Assembly (NCBI RefSeq): GCF_963921235.1
Contig: NC_086097.1
Span: forward strand, 682,001 to 746,000
Direction: 5' to 3'
DNA: 64,000 nucleotides
From: Mobula hypostoma
Taxonomy: Eukaryota
Below are positions 42,601 through 54,600 of the stretch, in pieces. Below the pieces are notes generated by a model. The model saw only the letters and a program-made list of their open reading frames with translations. It had not been told where the DNA came from and made no database searches. Numbering within the stretch: position 1 is the first letter of the stretch; the number at the start of each line of letters is the position of its first letter. A program made the position numbers and the translations under genes.

Positions 42601-45600
42601 TCAGTCCCGCAAAAAACACTTCAACTGTGAGTCATCTGCTGTATCTAGTGAGGCAAATTGGGAGACTGCTTCATTGAGCACCTTCACCCTGTCTGCCACA
42701 AAAGAAGGTGCTTAAAGTAGTTTTTCAATTTCACTTTCCATTTTCATTCCAACATGTGTCCTCAACTGTCACTATAAGGCCACACTCAGGTTGGAGGAGC
42801 AACACCTCATATCCATCTGAGTAACCTACAACCTGATGGCATGAACAATGATTTTCATAACTTCCAGTAATTTCCCCCCTCCCCCTTCACTCTTTTTCCA
42901 TTACACATTTTGGTATCTCTCTCTCTCCTTCTCTCACCTACCCATCACCTCCCACTGGTTCTCCTCTTTCTTCCCTTTCTTGCATGGTCCACTATTATCA
43001 GATTCTTTCTTCTTCAGCCCTTTACCTTTTCCACCTAATACCTCCCAGCTTCTTACTTCATCCTCAATCCCCTACCCACCTACCTCCCCTCTGGACTCAT
43101 CTGTCACCTGCCAGCTTGTACACACCCCTTCTGCTCCCCCAAACCTCCTTATTCTGACTTCTTCCCCCTTCCTTCCCAGTCCCAATGAAGAGTTTTGGCT
43201 CAAAATGTTGACTGTTTATTCATTTCCATAGATGCTGCCTGAACTGCTGAGTTCCTCCAGCATTTTGTACGTGATGTAAAAATAATCCAAATTGCTTTTG
43301 CAGTTGGATAACTAGTAAATAATATCATAGAACACTACACAGAGAAACAGGTCACTCGGCCCATCTAGTCCATGACAAACTATTATTCTGCCCCGTCCCA
43401 TCGAGCAACATCTGGATCAGCCCTGCATGCTCTTCCCACCCATGTACCTATACCTATGACCTTGAAGTGCTGCAATCAAACCTGCATCCACCACTTCCAT
43501 TGGAAGCTTCTTCCACACTCTCACCACCCTCAGAGTGAAGAAGTTCCCACTCATAGTCCCCGTAAACATTTCAGTAAGTTCACTGAAATGTAAGTTGACT
43601 CACCACATCCTTACTCTCCAGTTCTGTTGGGCTGGTTTCACAGGAAGATTTCTCCTTTTCATTTTGTTCTCCATAAAACAAGGAGGTGAGGCTGCAGAAA
43701 ATAAAGAAAGCTGTAAACAGCACAGCACCTTCAGACTTACAAAAGCATTGAGAATTACAGAGAAAACAGGTAGCCATCAACAAACAAAATGGGAAGTGAG
43801 AAACCGAGAGATAAAGAGGAAAGGTGACACAATCATGGCTAACAAGAGAAGTCAAAGCCAACATAAAAGCCAAAGAGAGGGCATATAATGGAGCAAAAAT
43901 TAGGGGCAAGTTAGAGGATTGGAAAGATTTTAAAAGCCAACAGAAGGCAACTAAAAAAGTCATTAAGAAGGTTAGGATAGAATACGAAAGTGTGTTAGGC
44001 AATAATATTAAAGAGGATACCAAAAGTTTATTCAGATACCTAAAGTGTAAAAGAGAGTTGAGAGTGGATATCAAACCACTGGAAAATGATGCCGAAGAGG
44101 TAGAAATGGGGGACTACAAAATAGTGGATGAACTGAATTAAGTAATTTACACGCAAACAACAGGAATTCTGCAGATGCTGGAAATTCAAGCAACACACAT
44201 CAAAGTTGCTGGTGAACGCAGCAGGCCAAGCAGCATCTATAGGAAGAGGCGCAGTCGACGTTTCAGGCCGAGACCCTTCGTCAGGACTAACTGAAGGAAG
44301 AGTGAGTAAGGGATTTGAAAGCTGGAGGGGGAGGGGGAGATGCAAAATGATAGGAGAAGACAGGAGGGGGAGGGATAGAGCCGAGAGCTGGACAGGTGAT
44401 AGGCAAAAGGGGATACGAGAGGATCATGGGACAGGAGGTCCGGGAAGAAAGACGGGGGGGGGGTGACCCAGAGGATGGGCAAGAGGTATATTCAGAGGGA
44501 CAGAGGGAGAAAAAGGAGAGTGAGAGAAAGAATGTGTGCATAAAAATGAGTAACAGATGGGGTACGAGGGGGAGGTGGGGCCTTCTTCACTGTGGAAGAT
44601 ACTAGCTGTAAAGTGGAAATTCCAGGACTCAGGGGGATGAAGTGTGTGAAGTTACTGTAGGTAGAAGATTCATGGGAAACTGAAAGGTCTGAAGGTAGAT
44701 AAATCATCTAGACCAGATGGTGTAAGCCCTAGGGTTCTGAAAGAGGTGGCTAAAGAGGTCGTGAAGAATCGTTGTAATGATCTTTCAAGAAGCACTAGAA
44801 TCTGGAATGGTTCTGGAAGACTTAAAATTGCAAATGTCACTCCGCTCTTCAAGAACTGCGAGAGGCCAAAGAAAGGAAAATATAGACCGATTAATCTGAC
44901 CTCAGTGGTTGGGAAGATGTTGGAGTCAATTCTGAAGGATGAAGTCTCAGGGTACTTGGAGGCACATGATAAAATAGGCTGTAGTCAGCTTGGTTTCCTC
45001 AAGGGAATTTCTTACCTGACAAATCTTTTGGATAGACAAAGGAAAATTGGTTGATGTTGTGTACTTGGATTTCCAGTAGGCTCTTGACAAGGTGCGACTC
45101 GTGGGGCTGCTTAACAAGCTACAAGCCAATGGAAAGATTTTAGCATGGATAAAGCCGCGGCTGTTTGGCAGGAGGCAAAGAGTGGGAATAAAAGAAAGTT
45201 TTTCTGACTGGCTGCCGGTGACTACTGGTGTTTGGCAGGAGTCTGTGTTGGGACAGATACTTTTACGTTATATGTCAGTGATTTGTTTGATGGAATTGGT
45301 GGCTGGTTGTAAAGTTTGCAGATGATATGAAGATAGGTGGAGGGGCAGGTAGTTTTGTGGAAGTAGAGAGACTACAGAGCACTTAGACAGATTTGGAGAA
45401 TGGGCAAAGAAATAGCAGTTGGAATACAGTGTCGGGAAGTGTATGGTCATGCACTTTGGTAGAAGAATTTATTTTCTAAATGGAGAGAAAATACAACAAA
45501 CTGAGGTTTAAAGGGGCTTAGGAGTCCTTGTGTAGGATTCCATAAATATTCCCTAATTTGCAGGTTGAGTCTGTGGTAAGGAAGTCAAATGCGATGTTAG

Positions 45601-48600
45601 AATTCATTTCAAGAGGACTAGAATATAAAAGCAATTATATAATGTTGAGACTTTATAAAGTGCTGATGAGGCTTCACATGGACTATTGTGAGCAGTTTTG
45701 GACCATTTATCTTGGAAAGGATGTATTGAAAATGGACAGGGTTCAAAGGAGATTCATGAAAATGATTCCAGAATTGAATGGCTTGTCGTATGAAGAGCCT
45801 TTGATGGTTCTGGACTTGTATTCTCTGAAATTCAGAAGAATGAGGGGTGACCTCATTGAAACCTATCAAATGGTGAAAGGCTGACACTTCATTGGAAAGG
45901 GTACAGAGGAGATTTACCAGGATGCTGCCTGGTTCAGAGAGTATGCATTATGATCAGAGATTAAGGGTGCTAGGGCTTTACTCTTTGGAGAGAAGGAGGA
46001 TGAGAGGAGACAAGATAGAGGTGTACAAGATAATAAGAGGAATAGATAGAGTGGATAGCCAGTGCCTCTTCCCCAGGGCACCACTGCTCAATACAAGAGG
46101 ACATGGCTTTAAGGTAAGGGGTGGGAAGTTCAAGGGAGATATTAGAGGAAGTTTTTTTTTACTCAGAGAGTGGTTGGTGCGTGGAATGCGCTGCCTGAGT
46201 CAGTGGTGGAGGCAGATACACTGGTGAAGTTTAAGAGACTACTAGACAGGTATATGGAGGAATTTAAGGTGGGGGGTTATATGGGAAGCAGGGTTTGAGG
46301 GTCAGAACAACATTGTGGGCCGAAGGGCCTGTAATGTGCTGTACTATTCTATGTTCTATGTTCCCAACACTGTATTCCATTTACACTACTTTGCCCACTC
46401 CCCTAATCTGTCTAAGTCCTTCTGTAGCCTTCTTGCTTCCTCAAAACTACCTTCACTTCCATCTATCTTCATATTGTCTGCAAACATTACAACAAAGCCA
46501 TCAATCCATCATCCAAATCATTGACCGATAATGTAAAACGTATCTGTCCTAACACAGACTCCTGTCACTGGCAGCCAATCAGAAAAGGCTTCCTTTATTC
46601 CCACTCTTTGCCTCTTGCCAATCAGCCACTGCTTTATTCATTCTATAATCTTTACTCTAATAACTTGGGTTGATAGGTTGTTAAGCAGCCTCATTTGTGA
46701 CACAAGTACACAACATCAACCGGTTCTCTTTTGTTCATCCTGCTTGTTATCCTGACGATCCTTCCAGAAACTGTGGAAATATCGGAAAGACAGGCTGTCG
46801 TGACGGTTCCTCTTCTCATTTGGTTCCCCAGGTTTTCTGTCGGACCTTTTAAGGGCTCAATTGATTTCCTTCTCCTTGTAGCCATTCTGTAGGAATGTCG
46901 TTCGTAATCTTCTTATTTCCTCGTGGAGACTCTCCAGATCCAAAATAGTTTTCACAGGGTTAATCACGTGGTCTTATACCTTAACAATAACAGCCACCAT
47001 CACACTTCCCAACAGATAGTGGGTCTTTCCACTTATATTTCCATGGTTTCTGGAAGGATCACCAGGATGCTGAAGAAATACTGGATTAATACCAGACAGA
47101 AATCTGTAAGGAAGTTCAAGTTAGAGTTTAGGGAAGATCCGGCTTGGGTGAGGTTTTTTTCTCTCTCCCTCTCTCTCTCTCTCTCTCCCTCCCTCTCCCT
47201 CTCCTGATATTTGTTCATTTCTTATCTGTTAGGGCATAGTAGGTCAGTGAGAATAGCTATAGGGGATGTCCTCTGTGTGGGATATGGGAAATCTGGGAGA
47301 CCTCCAGTTGCCAGATTCACACATCTGCACTAAGTGCACCAAGTTGTAGCTCCTAACAGAACGTATTAAGGAAATGGAGCTACAGCTTGATGACCTTTGA
47401 CTCAAACAGGAGAATGATATGATGGACAGGAGCTACAGGGTGGTAGTCAGCCCTAAATTGCAGGAGACAAGAAAGTGAGTGACTGTTAGGAGGAGGGGAA
47501 ATGCACAGCCAATGCAATTTACACCTGTAGTCATCCCCTCAATAATAATTATACCACTTTACATACCAATGAGGGGAACAACCTACCAGATGGGAGCCAC
47601 AGTGACCAGGTTTCTGGCACTGAGTCTGGCGCTACGGCTCAGAAGAGCAGAGTGCTAAAGAGGAGTGCAGTGTTGATAGGAGATCTCTTAGTCATAAAAA
47701 CATAGACGAGGTTCTGTGGGCATGATAGAGACACCCAGATAGTATGTTGCCTCCCTGGTGCCAGCATCTGGGATGTCTCAGATCGGGTCCATGGCATTCT
47801 CAAGGGCAAGGATGAGCATCCAGGTGTCTTGGTACATATTGTGACCGAGGACAAAAATGTGGGTCAAAGTAGACCTGGGACTTAGGATGGCTGGTATTTA
47901 CAGGATTCCCTGTGAATGCGGAGCAGCGTATATCAGCCAGACAAGATGCATGGTGGAAACCTGCATCAAGGAGCACAGGGGGTCTACCTGTTTGGTTTAC
48001 CCGGGGAAATCAGTGGTGGCAGAACATTCATTCGCAATGGCCCAAGGATCGACTTCGATGGCAGAAAACTACTGTGCCAATGGCTTTTGGGACCATTTGA
48101 GATCATCATTCCAAATTAAGTTGGGAGAGTTTGTCATCGAAACATCGGTTACAGTCGATTCCTGTACCTAGCTGGAAGCCCAAGAAGAGGTTTTTCTCCC
48201 TTTGAAATTTTGATCATCATGACACACCACTGACGTTGAATGTCCAATTCAGAGAAAACTGCTGTGAAGCTTTGCTTTTAACTCTTGAAAGTGGACCCGA
48301 CCGAAAGGTAGCTCTTTTTAAGCACTGCCTTTTTCTGATTGGTTGCTCTGCAACTCAGAGAAACTGCCACAAAACTGCCTTTTGAATCTCAATTGCCGTC
48401 CTGATTAAAAGGTAGCTATTTTTACACAACACTAACGTTGATTGTCTAACTCAACTTTTTAACCTTTTATGCCTTGACTTATCAAGAACCTATCAACCTC
48501 CATCTTAAATACACTCAATGACCTGGCCTCCTTTATCGAATCACTTGTCATATGAAGAGCGTTTTTTATGGCTCTGAACCTGTATTCATTGGAATTCAGA

Positions 48601-51600
48601 AGAATGCGGGTTGACTTCATTGAAACCTATCGAGTGGTGAAAGGCCTTGATAGAGTGGATGTGGAGAGGATGTTTCCTATGGTGGGAGCTTCTAAGACCA
48701 GATGACACAGCTTCAGAATAGAGGAGTATCCTTTTAGGACTGAGATGAGGAGGAATTTCTTCAGCTAGTGAATGGTGAATCTGTGGAATTCTTTGCCACA
48801 GGCAGCTGTGGAGGCCAAGTCTTTATGTATACTTAAGGCAGGTGAGGGTAGCCGACGGGTCTCAAACCCTTGGTGAGATAGGGAGTTGTCTATCCCAGCA
48901 TGTGAAGACAGAATCCGGCAGATTGAGCGGACGAGACCAGTGGAAGGTCCAACGGTCAAGAAGGCAGTCTCTGCAAGTGTTGTAGAACGTGTAGAGTAGG
49001 ACAAGACACAGAAGTTGTCCTGGTCATCCACTGTGCCTAGTCCCATCTCTAGCCGTCTCGACTTTTGTCTTGCCACTGGATCCAGATGGAAATTGGGAAG
49101 AGAGAGTGAGACCTGCAACTCTCCCTCACTCAAATCCAAATCAGGTGCTAGTCTCAACACTATCATCATCAAAAGCCGGCTAGCGGCATGGTGGCATCAG
49201 TGCTGGACTTCGGGGTGAGAGGTCCCGAGTTCAACTCCAGCCGGCTCCCTTGCACGCTTTCCATCCATGCTGGGCTGAGCGTCAAGCTAGCAACTCAACC
49301 TCGTAAAAAGTACCAATAGTGTTGAGGTCTTCATCGATGACGAAGGGCGAAACTTAGATATGTTTAGAATCATTCTCATGAACCTCCTCTGAACCCTCTC
49401 CAATGACAGCACATCCTTTCTCAAATAAAGGGTCCAAAATAGCTTACAATACTCTGAGTCAGGCCTTACCAGTGTTTTTAAAGCCTCAACATTACATCCT
49501 TGCTTTTATGTTCTATTCCTCTTGAAATGAATGCTAACATCACATTTTCCTTCCTTATCACAGACTCAACCTGCAAATTAACCTTTAGAGAATCCTGCAC
49601 AAGGACATCCAAGTCCCTATGGACTTGAGATTTTATAATTTTCTCTCTACTTAGAAAATAGTATAAGTTTTTATTTCACTTACAAAAGTGCATGTCCATA
49701 CAATTCCCGACACTGTCTTTCATCTGCCACTTATTTGCCCATTCTCCCAATCTGTCTAAGTCCTTCCGTAACCTTTCTATTTCCTCAAAACTAACTATCC
49801 CTCAACCTACCTTCGTGTCATCCGCATGACAATCTTCGCCACAAAGATCTAACATATAAAGAGGCTTTGAGGAAAGAGAAGCAGAATAAAGGGTGTAACA
49901 GGAAGGGAGCAGTTACTCTATTGGGGGTATTCTATAGGCCTCCTGGTAGCAGCAGAGATACAGAGGAGCAGATTGGGAGGCAGATTTTGGAAAGGTGCAA
50001 AAATAACAGGGTTGTTATCATGGGTGACTTTAACTTCCCTAATATTGATTGGCACCTGATTAGTTCCAAGGGTTTAGATGGGGCAGAATTTGTTAAGTGT
50101 GTCCAGGACGGATTCCTGTCACAGTATGTGGACAGGCCAACTAGGGGGAATGCCATACTAGATCTAGTACTAGGTAATGAACCAGGTCAGGTCACAGATC
50201 TCTCAGTGGGTGAGCATCTGGGGGACAGTGACCACCGCTCCCTGGCCTTTAGCATTATCATGGAAAAGGATAGAATCAGACAGGACAGGAAAATTTTTAA
50301 TTGGGGAAGGGAAAATTATGAGGCTATAAGGCTAGAACTTGCGGGTGTGAATTGGGATGATGTTTTTGCAGGGAAATGTACTATGGCCATGTGGTCGATG
50401 TTTAGAGATGTCTTGCAGGATGTTAGCAATAAATTTGTCCCGGTGACGAAGATAAAGAATGGTAGGATGAAGGAACCATGGGTGACAAGTGAGGTGGAAA
50501 ATCTAGTCAGGAGGAAGAAGGCAGCATACATGAGGTTTAGGAAGCAAGGATCAGATGGGTCTATTGAGGAATATAGGGAAGCAAGAAAGGAGCTTAAGAA
50601 GGGGCTGAGAAGAGCAAGAAGGGGGCATGAGAAGGCCTTGGCAAGTAGGGTAAAGGAAAACCCCAAGGCATTCTTCACTTATGTGAAGAAAAAAAGGATG
50701 ACAGGAGTGAAGGTAGGACCGATTAGAGATAAAGGTGGGAAGATGTGCCTGGAGGCTGTGGAAGTGAGCGAGGTCTTCAATGAATACTTCTCTTCGGTAT
50801 TCACCAATGAGAGGGAACTTGATGATGGTGAGGACAATATGAGTGAGGTTGATGTTCTGGAGCATGTTGATATTAAGGAAGAGGAGTTCTGGAGTTGTTA
50901 AAATACATTACGATCGGTAAGTCCCTGGGGCCTGACGGAATATCCCCCAGGCTGCCCCACGAGGTGAGGGAAGAGATTGCTGAGCCTCTGGCTAGAATGT
51001 TGTCCCCTTATTCAAAAAAGGTAGTAGGGATAGTCTGGGTAATTATAGACCAGTGAGCCTTACGACTGTGGTGGGAAAGCTGTTGGAAAAGATTCTTAGA
51101 GTTAGGATCTATGGGCATTTAGAGAATCATGCTGATCAGGGACAGTCAGCATGGCTTTGTGAAGGGCAGATCGTGTCTAACAAGCCTGACAGAGTTCTTT
51201 GAGGAGGTGACCAGGCATATAGATGAGGGTAGTGCAGTGGATGTGATCTACATGGATTTTAGTAAGATATTTGACAAGTTTCCACACGGTACGCTTATTC
51301 AGAAAGTCAGAAGGCATGGGATCCAGGGAAGTTTGGCCAGGTGGATTCAGAATTGGCTTGCCTGCAGAAAGCAGAAGGTGAGGGTCGTGGTGGAGGGAGT
51401 ACATTTGGATTGGAGAGTTGTGACTAGTGGTGTCCTACAAGGATTGGTTCAGGGACCGCTACTTTTCGTGATTTTTATTAACGACCTGTATGTCGGGGTA
51501 GAAGGGTGGGTTGGCAAGTTTGCAGACGACACAAAGGTTGGTCGTGTTGTGGATAAGACCATAAGACAAAGGAGCAGAAGTCAGCCATTCGGCCCATCGA

Positions 51601-54600
51601 GTCTGCTCTGCCATTTTATCATGAGCTGATCCATTCTCCCATTTAGTCCCACTCCCCCACCTTCTCACCATAACCTTAGACGCCCTGGCTACTAGGATAA
51701 ATTGTCGAAGGTTGCAGAGAGACATTGATAGGATGCAAAAGACCATAAGACCATAAGACAGAGGAGCAGAAGTCGGCCATTCGGCCCATCAAGTCTGCTC
51801 CGCCATTTTATCATGAGCTGAATCCATTCTCCCATTTAGTCCCACTCCCCCGCCTTCTCACCATAACCTTTGAAGCCCTGGCTACTCAGATACCTATCAA
51901 TCTCTGCCTTAAATACACCCAATGACTTGGCCTCCACTGCTGCCCGTGGCAACAAATTCCATAGATTCACCACCCGCTGACTAAAAAAATTTCTTCGCAT
52001 TTCTGTTCTGAATGGGCGCCCTTCAATCCTTAAGTCATGCCCTCTCGTACTAGACTCCCCCATCATGGGAAACAACTTTGCCACATCCACTCTGTCCATG
52101 CCTTTCAACAGTCAAAGTATGACTATGACTGTGACTATTCGAAATGTTTCTATGCGGCCTCCCCTCATTCTTCTACACTCCAAGGAGTACAGTCCAAGAG
52201 CGGACAAACGTTCCTCATATGTTAACCCTCTCATTCCCGGAATCATTCTAGTGAGTCTTCTCTGTACCCTCTCCAACATCAGCACATCCTTCCTTAAATA
52301 AGGAGACCAATACTGCCCACAGTACTCTAAGTGAGGTCTCACCAGTGCCTTAAGTGGGCTGAGAAGTGGCAGATGGAGTTCAACCTGGAGAAGTGTGAGG
52401 TGGTACACTTTGGAAGGGCAAACTCCAAGGCAGAGTACAAAGTAAATGGCAGGAAACCTGGTAGTGTGGTGGAGCAAAGGGATCTGGGGGTACACATCCA
52501 CAGATCCCTGAAAGTTGCTTCACAGGTAGATGAGGTAGTTAAGAAAGCTTATGGGGTGTCAGCTTTCATAAGTTGAGGGATAGAGTTTGAGAGTCGCGCG
52601 GTAATAATGTAGCTCCATAAAACTCTGGGTAGGCCACACTTGGAGTACTGTGTCCAGTTCTGGTCGTCTCACTATAGGAAGGATGTGGAAGCATTGGAAA
52701 GGGTACAGAGGAGATTTACCAGGATGCTGCCTGGTTTAGAGAGTATCCCCTCCTCCCCTTTTTCTGCCCTCTTTATCTCTTTTAAAGCACTGAAATCCAG
52801 GAATATTGAGAATCCATTCCTGCCCTGGTGCCAGCCAAGTCTCTGTAATGGCCACTACATCATAATTCCATGTACGTATCCAAGCTCTCAGTTCATCACC
52901 TTTGTTCCTGATGCTTCTTGCATTGAGGTACACACACTTCAGCCCTTCTACCTTACTACCTTTACACCTTTTATTCTGCTTCTCTTTCCTCAAAGCCTCT
53001 CTAAATGTTAGATCTGGCTTTACTCCATGCACTTCTTTCACTGCTCTATCGCTCCGGGTCCCATCCCCCTTGCAAATTAGTTTAAACCCTCCCGAACCAT
53101 GCTAGCAAACCTACCTGCAAGGATATTGCTCCCCCTCGAGTTCAGGTGCAACCCATCCAATCTGTACAGGTCCCACCTTCCCCAGAAGAGATCCCAATGA
53201 TCTAAAAATCTAAAACCCTGCTCCCTGCACCAACTCCTCAGCCACACATTCAACTGCCATCTCCTCCCATTCTTATCATCACTGTCATGTAGCACTGGCA
53301 GCAATCCTGAGAATGCCACCCTTGAGGTCCTGTTCTTCAGCCTTCAGCCTAGTTCCCGAAATTCACACTTCAGGACCTCATCTCTCTTCCTGCCTATGTC
53401 GTTGGTCCCAACATGTATCATGACTTCTGGTTGCTTTCCCTCTCATACCAGGATGTTGTGCACTCGGTCAGAGACATCCCAGACCCTGGCACCCGGGAGG
53501 CAACAAACCATGCGGGTGTCCTTCTCATGTCCACAAAATCTCCTGTCTGCTCCCCTGACTATAGAGTCTCCAATATCGACAGCTCTCCTCTTCTCTGTCC
53601 CACCCTTCTGCACCACAGGGTCAGACTCAATGCCAGAGGCCCTGCCACCATGGCTCATACCTGGTCGGTCGTCCCCATGAACAGTATCCAGGACGGTAAA
53701 CTTATTATTCAGGGGAATGGCTACAGGGGTGCTCTGCATTACCTGTCTGCTCACCTTCCCTTTCCCTCCTCTGACTGTCACCCAACGACCTGCTTCCGAC
53801 AGCCTCGGTCTGACTACTTCCCTGTAGCTCTCATATATGACTGCCTCATTCTCCCTTATGAATCGAAGGTCATCCAGCTGCTCCAGATTCCTTACATGGT
53901 CTTCCAGATCGCCCAGCCGTATGCACTTCTGGCAGATGTGACTCTGTGGGAGAGGGGCGTTCCCCCAAGACTGCCATATCTAACATGAGAGGCACATCAC
54001 CGTCTCAGGAGGCATTGTAAAGACTAACTGCGAGCAAGCCTCTCGAGTCAAAGCCTCAAAGCTCCACTCCTTCGCTGGCCCACTCACTCACTGGCCGCTT
54101 TCCACTTTTCTAGTTTAAGGTTAAATCAGGGGTTGTTGGGTGTTGCTGGGTTTTGCAGCTTGAAGGGCTGAAAGAGCATTTTTCACACTGTATCTCTAAA
54201 TAAAATAAACCACCACAGCCATCTTCCCCTGAATGAGGTATGATTCCAACCAGCAAAGTGATTCTCACTGACTCCAGTTTAACCAGGGCTCGATCAAATG
54301 GTTCTTGGCAGGGAATTGACGAACATAGACCACAAACAGGCGGATGCGCAGTTTAATTTGGCATCAGAGCCAACCCAGATTCCATGGGCCAAAAGGCCTA
54401 CTTCTATTCTATATTGTTCCATAGTCCACGTACAACAGGACATGGATCAACTGGAAAAGTAGACAAGGGAATGGCAGAGAGAGTCTACTTGAGTAAGCAT
54501 GAAATTGTGGGGAAGTTAAACCGGGGAGATCTGAAAGAGAACAGCAGAGCCTTGGGGAGTGATGCTGAACAGAAAGACCTTAACATACAAGTGCATGGAT

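Larger units (their letters stand above)
43790..45890 (+). mobile_element. Older CR1 ORF2 remnant interrupted by 44150-44580
   Basis: WLTREVK..., [12 protein letters not shown] and [11 protein letters not shown] motifs. Confidence 0.75.

Noticed and set aside
43580..44074. 164-aa minus-strand ORF as a gene
   Set aside because: Only 43604-43691 is a real exon; the rest is intron and antisense CR1.
49175..49250. Functional tRNA gene
   Set aside because: The B box is degenerate, the D and anticodon arms are poorly formed, and it continues into a repeat body: a SINE head.
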